A DNA stretch of 64,000 bases from Adineta vaga (GCA_021613535.1 CP075495.1:4960001-5024000); one strand, 5' to 3'; shown: positions 28,266 through 41,971, numbered from the stretch's first letter. Numbers and translations are program-made. Notes: a model not told the origin generated them from the letters alone.

Positions 28266-29328
28266 GAGTGAAGAGTATTTGCTCAGAGAAGAAAGAAGAA
28301 GAAAAAAATACATATTGATCAATAAAATCGATTGATTAGATTCTTATGTAATAGAAAATGTGTTCGACGATTGGATGAATTCGTCTTTAGTAAACTAATG
28401 AGTTAATACGAAAAGAAACACCAAAGGTGATGATTTTACATTTTAATCTGGTTGGATCGAAATGATCTTATTAAGATATTATACTAAATGTCAAAAGGTG
28501 AAAGATTGAAAATATTAGATTTACTTCACTTCTTTCATTTCATTGAATTTTGAACTAGATTTCAAAACGATTGTTATTCATTTTAAATCAGTAGACCTTA
28601 TACATAGAATGATACATAAATTTATTCTTTGTTATTTACTAATGTTAATTTGAAATAACAAAATTCATTTGTACAACAAATCGTTGAATCTATTTCAATA
28701 TAAAATGCATTGATAATAATTTTGTAGAAAGTAATTCTGAATGAATGTTTATTTGACATTGACGATGATCTCATTACTAAACAATGCAAATTATTACAAA
28801 TATGTCGTTTTGTTTCTAATTAAGATAACATTTTTTTCTCATATATCAAAATCATAACATATCTTTTCTTGCTATTACGTACTCATCTTTTCTTTGATAT
28901 AGATTGATTTGTCAAGAGTTTCTCATCTCTATCATATAGATTATTATATAAGCAAAATATACTTTCAAATAATAATGATTTTCTTTTTCATTTATAAAAC
29001 ACTTTTACCAACGTATGATAATAAACACTAGTTCCGTTTTCTCTAGTGAGGAAAAAGCCAAACACGTGTATGATTTATTATGACAGAATGAAATAAACCT
29101 TCAGTGGGTTTTTTTTCTTTTGTATGTAATGTCATCACATAACGTTATATATCTAGACGTTTCTTTGCCATTGATGAATCAAAGCATCCCTTTTTCGTCT
29201 TGGAAGTAGCCAACCAGTCAATAAACCCATTACTGTGCGACTATTTCTCAACTTGGGAGATTTTACGGAAAGTATATATAATTCTGAAAGTTGCGTTCTA
29301 CGATCATTTCAAATAGAAACTTCTTACA

Positions 29329-30717
29329 ATGACTCTCATAAGCGATGAAACATTAGCTTTTCAACCCATCGATGACGATTCTGTCACTATGCAACCAGAA
29401 TTTAAGAGACAAAATTCACATAAACGTCAAAATTCAGATAACGACAAACAGGTATGTAAGCTTTTTCTTGATTTATACAGTTACTTCATTGCTGTAGTAA
29501 GCATTTAGCAGCGAGAGATGATAGGTAGCTATAAGTTACTAAGCAGAAAGAATCTCACTACGTAAACATTAATACGAATAATCATTATAGTCATCTAGTT
29601 AATTTCATTTTTATTTTAGTTTGTTGTTGATGATATACCATTCAAACGAGTACGTTCTTCGATAAATACAAGCATATTTGTACCATGTCCAATCGCTGAT
29701 TTCGGTTGTTTGCATGAGGTACCATCTAATGAATTAGAAGAACATTATTCAAGTTCCATTCATCAAGAATGTTTAATGAAAACGATCAATTTCTATACAC
29801 AACAATTGCATAAATCTTCTAAAAAAACAGAAGATCAATCGGAATTATCTGAGACTGTCAATGTACTTTCAGAATGTGTTTCATGTATACATGATGATAA
29901 TATCCAAATTCAACATAATGTCACTCAACTCGATAATAATATATGTACACTACAAAACCATGTTCAAACATTGAAAAGTTCAATCGATGAAACAAATCAA
30001 TATATTGAAAGTTCTCAAATGAATCAAAATGTTTTACAAACAGAAATGGAAAGTTTAAAAGAAAAAGTAACAGAACTGACTAGTCAATCATCGAACGATG
30101 GAACTTATATATGGAAAATCACCGATATTGCACAAAAGATTAATGATGCAGTTGCTGATCGTCAAACAAGTATCTATTCTCCTCCATTTTATTCATCACC
30201 CAATGGTTACAAAATGTGTATGAGATTGTATATCAACGGTGATGGTCAAGCACGAAGAACTCATCTTTCATTATTCTTCGTAGTTCTTCGTGGTGATTAT
30301 GATGCTATTTTACAATGGCCATTTTCTTTTAAAATTACCTTTTGTCTCTATGACCAAACAAATAAACAACAACATATTATCGAATCATTTCGACCAGATA
30401 TTAGATCAAACAGTTTTCAACGACCACGATCAAGTATGAATATTGCTTCGGGAGTACCACGATTTTGTCCCCTAACACACATTCAACAAGATAATAATCC
30501 TTATGTACGTGATGATTGTATGTTTATACGATGTATGGTAGAGTTTGCAAACATGCCGAAAACAATAACTCCATACGTTTTTAATCTGAATCCTGGTTTA
30601 CCAAAGAGTGTACAACAAGCAATGTATCAAGCAGAAATTGAACGACAAAAGGTAGAAGTATCCGATCCTTCAAAAAATCCACAGGAATCAACATCGAAAC
30701 TGGATACTATGAAATAA
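29329..30717 (+). CDS. TNF receptor-associated factor (TRAF2/3-like MATH domain), lacking RING; exons 29329-29451, 29620-30717
   Basis: Partial TRAF zinc finger CPIADFGC..H....H, coiled coil, MATH motifs DGTYIWKI, SPPFYSSPNGYKMC, LSLFF, WPF, SFQRP. Confidence 0.92.
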
Positions 30718-31286
30718 TACTAAAGAAAAATCATGATTGAGAAATACAAGATAGTCAGATATAATTATTTTTTCTTATTAAACATATTGCTGTTCATAAA
30801 AACTTTTCCATTAAAATTTTGTTTTTCATTTGATTTACGAGATTTTAATAAAATGCAAAGACTAAGAAAATTGTTCATTTGGAAATAGGAAAAAGATTGA
30901 ATAGATTCACACATGTATTTATGAAAGTCTTGTAGAAATTGCGTCAATTTTGTTATGTGAGTTTTGATCTATATCGAATCTGATACACGTGCGAAAGAAT
31001 GTCGTGTATTTGTTCATCATATGAAAACGTCTTAATTAAATGTGTGTGGTATCTAATTCGATTCTCATTTGATTGTTGTCTTGTTTATCAATCTGAGAGA
31101 TCATACTCATATAGTAGAACTTCAGCAATAAATCATCAGCATGGCAAATTACCAATCTATGTATTCATGATATAAAAGTTATAATTGATATGAAAATTTC
31201 TGTATTTCGTATTATTTGCGTAGATAACGAAATAATCTCAAATACCGTGTTCTATTCATCAATTAACTTTAATAGATAAAAACAAC

Positions 31287-31577
31287 CTTATGTTTATCAA
31301 CGTAGTCATATAAACAAATGTGGATTCTTTCAGAAATTTCCTTTTCTCTCCACTATGCCTGTATTCAATTAATTCTCATTGCATTTATTTCTGTCTTATC
31401 TAGTGTAGAATGCCAATTGTTCTCATTTTAACTATCTTCTCTTGTTTCACAATTACAATACCTTCATATGTTTATAATGTTGTCTCTCGTTTTTTTCTCA
31501 TGACAGATACTTTTATTGTAATAATCACCTTGTAGTTCATCACTTCGACCAATATATTTATCATCATCGTATGACAT
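31287..31577 (-). pseudogene. Possible decayed coding remnant
   Basis: ATG-led frame of about 97 codons (MSYDDDKYIGRSDELQGDYY...WREKEISERIHICLYDYVDKHK) with 4 internal stops and no apparent indels. Confidence 0.2.
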
Positions 31578-32460
31578 TAAAATAATAAAGCACTTTGATA
31601 TTTATGATTAAATCTAAAAAGTCAGCTAAGATTTGTGTTGCTGAATAGAAATATCTTTTACTTTCCTAATATTTTCTTCATGTACTGATTGTTCATGTAA
31701 AACCGATAGATTATTTTCATTTCATTTATAGATCCCACGTGAACATTACATGCGTTATGATCCATCTTAAGTATATATCTGTTGGTAAAATCAATTGTAT
31801 GACGAATTTTAGACCTATAAACTCATTAATTATGCTAGTCAAGATCAATTTATACGCAATAAAACAATCAGTATCGGATATTTTTGGACTCATATACATC
31901 CGTTTAAGAAAATGAAACATGCAGTTCTGCTTTATACTGTTCGACGCTCAGATATTTCAAAGAACACTGTTTATGAGATAACGGTGATTATCATGAAGTA
32001 TAAATCAATTTCTTATGTATAACATTGTAAAAATCTCACATTTTATTATTGTATGTTTAGTTATAACGGCACAGTGAATGACTTAAACTGTCATAGTGTT
32101 ATTGATCCAGCGATTCAAACAACAACTGATCGACCTGCAATGCATACGACATCCAACTATACTAGAGATCTATCAAATAAATAGTAAAAGCAGCCTAAAA
32201 TTACCAACTATGATCCAAATTTTATATGTTGTAACAAATTCATCTACCTTATTAAGATGTTTCCTCCAGCTCAATTATTATATCAAAAATCTAAACACAT
32301 TTTTATTTTCATCACAAATATTTTATTCGATGTATATGAATCCTCTTGTTTTTCGTATTATCTACTTTCACTTGTTCTACTAAAAACTATTACACAACAC
32401 AAATATAAATAGTTTATATATAGATATTAACAAAAAAAAAAGATATCCATCAAAAAGTTC

Positions 32461-33672
32461 TTATGCCAATGAAATACTACTAACATCAACTAAATTTTTC
32501 ATCAAAGGTAAAAATGATGAACATGGTTGATATACTTCTAATACATGTTGTCGACTAATAACTAACCATCGATTATCAGGACTCATGGAAAAAGATCGAA
32601 TAAAATTATCTTGATTATGAAAAAGTCTTAGTCGTGTTACTTGTCCATCCGATGAAATTAAACAATGACCAATATTTACACAAGGAGTACATGTTTTGGC
32701 AAACCATTGTCCATTATTATGTAAATTAACTGGATAGAGAATATTTTCATTTGAATCCATTTGAATTCGATAGAGAAATTGATCAGTATTTAGATTGACT
32801 AAATCGATCATTTGTTTTTTACCAATAGAAATAGCAAGAGCGAGAATTTTGTTTGAATTCAAACGAATTGTTGTTACGGAAAGATCTTCTCCATGGATAT
32901 AACTACGAGATGATTGTACGAGAGATAATTTTGAAAGAGAATAATAACGAAGATCATAACCAAAAGAACGATTTATTATTAGATCATCACCATCGACAGC
33001 CATATATGATTTTCGATGTCCTTCAGTAGTGAACTAAGAAAGAGAGAAAAACAACATTAACTGAAAAGTTATTTTTTCATTCGACTAAGATCTTACTTGA
33101 ATTTGATGAATAGGAATCAGTTGTAATTGTTTCGTACTAGTTTTATATAATTGATCGGTAGTAAGAAGAAGAAAAGCATTTAATTTCGATGACCAAGCAA
33201 TTTCTTGAACATCGGCACAAGTTAATGGTAAAACGCATGTTTCAATATCCATTGTTTCCATATGAATCAATCGAAGTTGTCTACCATCAAGTAAAAGAAT
33301 ATGAGTTCGAGAAACATCAAGTATCAAACAAGGTGTATCTAATTTGAATCGTTTGATTAAATAATGATCATGTTCATCGAGCGTTTTTTCTAGACATAAT
33401 GCAGTGAAAGGTATTGGTAATGAAGATAAGGAAAGACATGTCTAATAAAGGATGAATTTGATGAGATGAAACGAAAAGATTCGTTTACTTACTTTTTTTG
33501 TTGAAATCGATAATCTTGATGATGATAATGATTTATTACCAAGTGGTGATTGTTGATCGAAAATTTGTGCACGATGAATAGATATTTTACTTTTTAATAT
33601 AATTGGACCTCCATTTTCAGTGATTCTTTTCACTGGTGATTCAGGAGGAGATGATGAATGTCTACAACCCAT
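32461..33672 (-). CDS. Hypothetical beta-propeller/WD-like protein with MGC dual-acylation start; exons 33493-33672, 33097-33441, 32461-33033 (about 365 aa)
   Basis: Clean phase-0 splicing; beta-rich repeats (QEIAWSSKLNAFLLL, SFSMSPDNRWLVIS). Confidence 0.8.
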
Positions 33673-34249
33673 TCAATTTTTTCCAATGTACTCGTTGGAA
33701 AAAAAATATATCTGAATCAGTTTTATCGATAGTTTGTAAATATAGAATAAGTAATGAAGAGAATAGCAAAAGGGATTAAAGGGATACATCCATACATTCG
33801 ATTCTATCGATGTCTGAAGTGTAAATATAAACCCTGGAATCACATGTGAATCATATTAAATGATGTCCACGATATTAGTAATAGAATTTCAAATGTAACG
33901 AATCACATGAAATAAAGAAATATCTTATACGATTAAATTAGATTCAAACACATTTATGTTCATGAAGCTTAGCTTTCCTAGAATTCAAATCGAATCCTAC
34001 TAGTTGATTCATAATTTATTTTAATCTAACATTGAAAAAGATTTGTTTTCACAAAGAAAAAAGACAACATCTTAAAATACAATTGAAACTCAATAACAAT
34101 GGTTTACATGTAATATATTCTTTCATAGATGAGAAAAGAGAACAAGACTAACGGTAATATAAAAGATGGAAAAAGTAACCTAAATATATATGACTTAAAA
34201 CTACAAAAGAATATTACATGAAACCGAACATATCATTTTTCTAACTCAT

Positions 34250-37200
34250 CTATTTCTTTCCATCTGCTTCTTTTCGTGCTTGTGCTTTAAGTTCGAGTTC
34301 TTCAAAATCTGATTTTAACCAATCAAGCATATCCGAAAAAACGACAACACCATTGGATGAAGGATCTGATACAGATGGTAATGGTCGTTGACTACTAAGC
34401 ATGTCACCATCATCATCTCCGGGTTTAATATCAATTTCTTCAGGAAACATGTCATCATCATCATCATCATATTCAAGACAATTGGATGCATATTGTTGTT
34501 GATGAATTTTATAATGATTTTTCATTCGATAAGCCGATGGAATATATTGTTTACAAATTGAACAAACACGTCGTTTCAATTCTTTTCGTACACTTGAACA
34601 ACAATAATCAAATGGTATAATATCATTTTGAGTATTTTGCATAACAACACCATGAAATTGAATACGTTGAATTAATGAACCATAGAAAACACCTTTTTGA
34701 TAATCACGATCAGCCATAGCTATACCACGTGGTGTTCGTTCAAATGGAACTGGTGCAGGAAGAAAACGATGAGGAAATACTTGAATATAGTTTGTTCGCC
34801 ATGGACCACAACATGATATGGAATTACAACGAACAATTTGAATTGTATATTGAGTTTGAAGAACATGTGTAGCACACCAATATCTGAAGAAAAGTCAAGT
34901 TTTACTTTTGATTATAACTAATAATCAATGAAATTAATAATCTTACTCATCAATATCATATTTTGGAGTATCTCGTAATAATTCACCATCGGAGTTAATG
35001 CGTGGAGGTCGAACTCTTTCTTGATAATATTCATCACTTTGATGAATACGACGTTCAATGGGTTCTTCGGCTTCTTCTTCATAGCATACACTAAACAGAA
35101 AAAGAATTGACATTTAAATCAAACTGAAAAATTCATATTTCTCTTCAAATTGTACCGATCTAGAATATGATTCATGACTACATTAACATCAACTGATCGT
35201 AATTCATCTTGCGTTGATGCTGGTGGATTAATATATTCAGCAACAACAGGATATTCATCAATAATTGATCCACACCAAACTTCAGCAAGAACTTCTCCAG
35301 CTTTTCTAAAATTTATTCGTTCTAATTCATGATTGACAGTTACACCTGAATCATTTAAATGTGTACCAAAATGATCATGAGGTAGAATAAGACCAGCTAA
35401 ATCATGTGAAAGTGGTGCCATACGTCGTTCAACAACATTATAAGCCGATTGACCTGGTGCATGTGTTAGAACGAATAGAGTATCAAGATTATATTTACGA
35501 AATTTTCGTATAGCAGCAACAAGTGTTTTAGGAAAACGAGGATTTTCATCTGGACCACCGTCAACAGTTATAATAACAATTGGTTTAACTTGACCAGTAT
35601 AATCACGAGCTGTTTTTTCAAATTCTTTTAATCCAACAAGACGATCAAAATCACATGTATGACTATTTGCATCACTACGATCATGTTTTGCTGAACGAAT
35701 TGCAATATACGTTGGACCAGAATAACCTACATCATTGTTTTCAGTCATCATACAACCAGCATAAACACTATAAAGCAAATAAATTATCAATTAAAACTGA
35801 ATCATGGACCTACCTAGGAGTTAATTGATGGCGAGGTGCAACAGTCCAATCATGATCAGGTAAACGAACACGATAATCCAAATGCATTAACATTGGTGCT
35901 TGAATTTTTGCTGCTGGTAAACCAATTGGTACTTTACATTTATCATCTTGTGATAAGAAAAAGACAACATCATTACCAAATATACCAGCTAAATCTTTGA
36001 TATAACGAATAGTTGCCGTAGCAAAATGTCCATCTGAGATTATTAGAAGAGCAGAAAAAGAAAATCATCGATTGATCATTTATGAGTTAATATTCAAACC
36101 TTCATGTTTGCTATGTTCATCATTTTGAGCTTTACGAAGTCGTACAGGAACAGTTCGAACATGTTTTTTACCATCAATAGAATTTGAACGATGTGGTAAT
36201 AATCTTCAAAAAAGAAAATCAATTGTTATTATGTATGTGTCAATATATTTCTTACCGATAATAAAGCGTTGATCGTTTGATATCGTAACCACGTTCTTTG
36301 ATTTTTTCTCGTAGATCATCCAATGTTAAACATGGTCGAATGGTTTGTGAACGTCGATTGTCATCTGCAGCACCACCAACTTTGGCAATTTCTTCAATAA
36401 TTTGTAATAAATCTGGACATTCTTCTTCGATAGGTGGTCGACCTATAATTGGTCGATAGATTTTATTTAATTCAGTTGCAAGTTCAGGATTTTTTTCACA
36501 TAATGCTTCAATTTTACGCTAGAAAGAAAGAAAAAAAACTCTTAATAATGTTTCAAACAAATATTTCTTTTACTTTTTTGATTTCACGAGCTCGTTTTTT
36601 TGCTGTTTGTTCAGCTTTTAATCGTTTTAAATCATTTTTTTTCTTCTTTTGTTCGACTAATAATTTTTTTAATTGTTTCTCTTGTTCTGTTGTAGCCATT
36701 CCCATATTTTTGACTTGAACTAATTGAATAATACGTTCATTGATTTCATGAATTTCTTTTGAAACTTTTTCTTGAGCTGGTGCACGTGTCTTTTTAGCAA
36801 GAATTTCAGCAGCTGTACGAATCTTTTCTGGTTTCTTTTTCGATTCATCTGCACCTTGTTGATCAGTTGAAGTGCCTTCTTCTTCTTCTTCTTCTTCTTC
36901 CTCTGCTTGTTGCTTTTTGTTTCCATTGATTATTTCGTTTTCAATATCGGATGATCGTGTTCGTTTCTTTCGTTTTTTTACTGTACGACCATTACTTTCT
37001 TTTTCACCATTTGTTTCCGTTTTTTTCTTACGTCCACGTTTTTTAGGTGGAGCCGTTTCACAACGATCTAAACCACATGCACTACTAGTATTATATTTTT
37101 CAAGATATTCATCAATTTTTTCTTTAACAAGAGTTTCATTCGTTTTTATTTCATTCCATTCAGTTTGAGCAGCTGTATGAGATAACTAAAGAGAAAATAA

Positions 37201-37324
37201 AAGAACATCAATCTATACATAATGGAATAAAACTTACACATCGTGTCATATCAGGATGTCCTTTCATATAAGCATCAACAAATTGACGATACAAACAGTA
37301 TCGAGGTGTTTTATTAGATGGCAT
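34250..37324 (-). CDS. Zator-superfamily DDE transposase-derived protein, 891 aa, 8 exons (37238-37324, 36574-37185, 36256-36518, 36100-36203, 35814-36033, 35156-35767, 34947-35090, 34250-34883)
   Basis: Motifs SQDDKCKVPIG, RVRLPDHDW, SGPTYIAIRSAKH, VDGGPDENPR, APGQSAYNVVERRMAPLS, C-terminal C2H2-like CSICKQY...H...H; all 7 GT-AG introns keep the frame with no stops. Confidence 0.85.
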
Positions 37325-38367
37325 TTGTAAGAATAGTTATTTATACTAGAGTAGATTTTTGCACGTACGCTTTATGTGTACGGTTGAAACTTAATAAACG
37401 TAAGAGTGAAAGAGAAAATAGATTTGTTCAGTGAAGAAAAGGAAAAAGGACGTCGCAAATCGCTTGTGACCGCTCAATGACCTCCTCCCCTCATGATTTA
37501 ATGCACGTCCTATTGCCGACCGCTATTTTTAACCAACCAGATATTAACGGACAGCATATATGAGACATGCTCTTGTTCTATTTTCTATGTAAGAGTGCAA
37601 AGAAAAAGAAGTAATTATCTATTGACCGACGTCCAGGGCAACTGTATAAAAATTCATTCTCGTTTCATCCATAGCCAATCGTCCTTTATGAATGAAGTGA
37701 TTCAATAAATATCGATTTCAAATTTGTACTACAGTTTATTTCCGCAATGTACAATTCTTCACTCTAAAGTATAATCGATCTTAATAAGACTTTCATTGAA
37801 TTAATATTTGTACGAATATGTTCTCATTGTTCAAAAGTAAAACGAACTAAACAAAGTTGAATGTACCGAAAATGATTTTAAGAGAATTTGATACTTATTT
37901 TCATAGACAATCTTTCCGTGCTAAATATATTTGTACCTTATTAACATCATATCATTTCTTGATGAAAACCTTGATCGATCGGATCACTTTGACATCTCCT
38001 AATTCAGTTATTTGATTTGATTGCATATATATATTTGTGAATACGTTCTACATGATCTATTCGTGGGAAATGATATCATGCGAAAAAAATACGATTGATG
38101 AAAATGTCTGGTTTTTAATACTAATACTATTATTTAAGTAATTGTTTTTCATGATGTTTACAACAGAATTCGATTTCTACAAAATCAATTGATAATATTC
38201 GTAAATTTCAAAATAAAATCTTGTCATTTTCTTTTACACATATGAATTGATACTGTATAGTTAAATATATGATTTGTAGGTTTGTGAAGGTCCTTCAAGT
38301 GTTATAAATATAAAATTGAAGTATAAGATCATTTATCTCTCTTTTCTTTTTTACTTAAGCAAAAGTT

Positions 38368-38952
38368 TCAAGTGTCTTTTTTCAGACATAATTTCTCACA
38401 TTGATCTTGTCTGAAAAATCGATTTGTTGTTCCACCACAACCTGAATAGATGAATGGAATACATTCACGTCGTTTAGAATCAAATGTAAAACGTTCAATC
38501 GATTTTTCACATAGACCTTTGACAGCCATTGGTGTATGACATTCAGATTTCACTATGAAAATAAAATGAAAATAATTTCAAAGATAATACTGCGTTATTT
38601 CGTTTTTCATACAAGCTCTTGTTGGTTTAGGTAAAAGACAAATTTCTTTTGTTGCACATTGAGGAAATAATCGAAATATTTCATTTTTTGTTCGACAAAT
38701 TCGTGTAAAATTCTTTGCCATCATGATTTTGGGTTTACATTGTTCCAAAGAGAATGTATCTTCCAAATGAGCTGGGATACATAAATGCCATGATGCGGCA
38801 ACACCATCGATTGTTTCATATGATTTACAAACGCCTCCAATTAACGGACAACATCCACATGGACCAACAGTATGAGTAGCAGATTTACATTGAGTATTTT
38901 CGATAAATTTTATGGAAAGACAAATACATAGTAGAAAGAATGAAGTTCTCAT
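38368..38952 (-). CDS. Secreted Cys-rich protein with C-terminal Kunitz/BPTI domain; exons 38613-38952, 38368-38552
   Basis: Signal peptide MRTSFFLLCICLS; 60-nt intron; Kunitz pattern C..GLC...RFTFD...CIPFIYSGCGG..NRF...C...C. Confidence 0.88.
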
Positions 38953-39941
38953 GTTTTTGAAAAAAATGTGCATCTATTTCGATCGGTTATAATTTCATCT
39001 TTCGATTTGACATAAAAGATGATAAGATAAAAATAGAATTGATTTCGTTCTAGTTCACTTAAATATCAACTATTGTTATTTCAATTTGAAAGTTTTTGAT
39101 GAAATTCGATCAATATAAAGATTAGATTTTGATTACAAGGAATTTACAGTCCAATCCAAGATCTCCATCTTATCTCATTTGTTAGTTTATATACAGAAAT
39201 AAGTAGGTGTATTTTTTAACTAGAAGACTCATTGATTCTCTCGAGCGACAAACTCTATTATTAATCCTATTCATCATAAGATCTTCAAGCAATCTTTCAA
39301 TATAAATAGTTCGTTTACTTTCTAGGGAAATCATTGAACAAAAAATCATATTCTTTTTTTCGAAATTAATATGTCTATGTGTGTTTTTTGTTTTTCAAAA
39401 TACATCATATTTTTCTTTTTGTTCTTCATCAACATAGAAACAAAAAGTGAAAAATAAAATCAAACACTCACGCATTAAACGCATACAAACAAAAGAAGAA
39501 GAAAAGAGAGAGAAAAAAGCGTATTGACATCATCAGTTTTATGAAATCGAAATAGACAGCAAAAACAAGAGACAGAGAGAGAGAAAGAGAAAAGAAAAGA
39601 GATCAGAAGAGAAAAAAAGAAAACCAAAATTTTCATAGCTAGTACTAAAAGCATCGTTCTATTTGGTTTGCGTATCAATAAACATACGCTCACTGTTATT
39701 ATTATTATTATTATTATTATTTTAATAACTTATAGGACAATTTTGACTAGTTCGTTAATTAAAAACAAACAAATATATCACAGTAGAAAAAAGACACATG
39801 TATATAGAAGTTCTTCTTAAATATATATTTATATATAACACGACTAGAGTCTCTTGCATAGAGAGATGAAATACATTTGTTTTTGTTAAACTAAAGGAAT
39901 AGATGATAGATTTCCTGAGAAGATTCTCTACCTAGTTGATG

Positions 39942-41971
39942 CTACACAAATATTCCACCATCAGTATCTTGTGCGCGTTTAAAAGCATCCCAAAGTGCAA
40001 CCATAATCTCTCCCATAACAACATCATTTGTATTCATTGCAATAAGACGTAAAACAAGTACACCATCATGTCGTAAATATTTGTTTGAAAATGTATTAAA
40101 TAGTTTTCGATCGAATGTTTCACGTGTTATACGATTCATAATTTTCAAATATTTTTTAAGAAAATGTTCACGATTAAACGGTAAGATTTGTTGCCATATA
40201 CAAGTGATGAAACCAATTGAAGATAATATAGAAACAATGACTAGCCAAAACCAAATGAATATGAAGATTTTCTCATTAAATAAATTCACAGGAAGCACGC
40301 ACTAAATTCGAAGAAAACAAATATATAAATGAAAAAGAAACATTCAAATTCAATCATTTACTTGTATCGTATGTTTGTGGAATGATCAGCCATCGTACGA
40401 ATTTCAAAGTCACACATTGTCACGCGAGGAAATCGCGCTGAACGACAACATTCACGACCTGATAATAGATTTCGAAGAACTTCAATACCATAACCATGAT
40501 AATTTGAACCCATAAAGATCTATATGCAAAAAAAAGCAAAGCAAAAAAAAGAGATTTCATTCAAATATATTTCTATCAACTGTTCAAAGAACTTACATTC
40601 AGTAGAAATAATTGTCCAATAACATTTGTTATATATAAAACTTTGACAAATAAATAGACAAACGTTAGGTAATTTCCTTGAGCACGACCGATAATAAAAA
40701 ATGGACAATGACGACGGAAAATACGTTTGAAATGAGAAAAAAATCCTGTTCCCATTTCACGTTGAATTTCTAGAGCACGATCAATATGTTTAGCTATATA
40801 TCTGAGTGTTCGATCTCGAATATCGGGATTTAATTGTTCCATGCTATGCAATGTTTTAACAAGATTAGCTATATCAAAACCTGTCTTTGTGGCAAGTGCA
40901 TGCCATAATACGGAGGGAATGTAGAAGAATACTGACATAAGTAATAGAATAAATGGGATCCATTGATAATAAGCTAGAAGACAAATCATTAATATTCATA
41001 AGAAAATAGATGTTAAAAACACAAAAAAGAAACAAACCAATATGTTTTGGTCGTTCATCATGTCTTGCTGGTAATGTGCTCTCAAAGGGTACATAATATG
41101 TATTAGATATCCAACAGATGTAATTGGCATATTCAACATGAGAACCTAAATACAAATAACATATTTATAGTTGATTATATTGCGATACATCATTTGATCT
41201 GTTTATTCACTTCATTTCTAATTTCGAGAAAGTTTACAACGTCTTTTTCATAAATACTTTGATGAATATTCCAAAACAAGGTCTAATACACCTTTCACAT
41301 TGTCAATTAGTAAAAAAGAGGCATAATTGTTCTTATACAAGATGTTTCCAACCTTTCATCTGATTAAATTTACTTCTATACGTCTATCAACCTCTTTAGT
41401 ATTCTTCAAGTACTTTGAATGTCTCGTCAGACTTGACTAAGATAGAAATGTCACATATTGTTAATTGCAAAAATTATATTCAAATTCTCTCGAAAATCTA
41501 ATCTTTATATGATCTTCTTTATATTAATAGTTGCTTGAATTCACAACCGATCAATTTAATTGAACAGCTTGATTACAAGACACATTCTCGAAGAAAAAAA
41601 GAAAAAACCGCAACTATTCTATTCTATCAATTTTCGAATAGAAAAAGAAAAAAATAGACGAAGAAAAAGAAGAAGCAAATCGACTATTCATTATTTTTGC
41701 ATGACGATTTACGAGCTTGCATTTTTCTTGAAAATTTTACTTCTTTTCTTTCGAAGATAGAAATGAAAAAACCAAAATACATACCGGTAAATTGTGCAGG
41801 AGCAAAACAAGCAATAGGATCACCAACGTATTGTTTCGTAGATACGACAACAGTAAATAACATAAGTAAAACAACGGAAAATCGTCGGGATAGTCGATCG
41901 TATAAGTCATCATCGTTATGAAATTTGAATTGGCGAACTTTAGCGATGGCATCGAGAAAACCCGCTACCAT
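39942..41971 (-). CDS. inx: Innexin (unc-7/unc-9-like); core exons 41785-41972, 41038-41145, 40597-40973, 40362-40519, 39942-40301; 1-nt deficit near 40381
   Basis: DDLYDRLS, QYVGDPIAC, YANYICW, YYQWIPF, FPRVTMCDF, CVLPVNLFNEKIFIFIWFW, YLRHDGVLVLR. Confidence 0.95.

Noticed and set aside
33770-33800. GGGATACATCCATAC resembling a Zator TIR start
   Set aside because: No inverted partner found upstream of the transposase and no TWA target duplication
37464-37482. miR-2001-like seed TTGTGACCG
   Set aside because: No precursor hairpin; more likely promoter sequence
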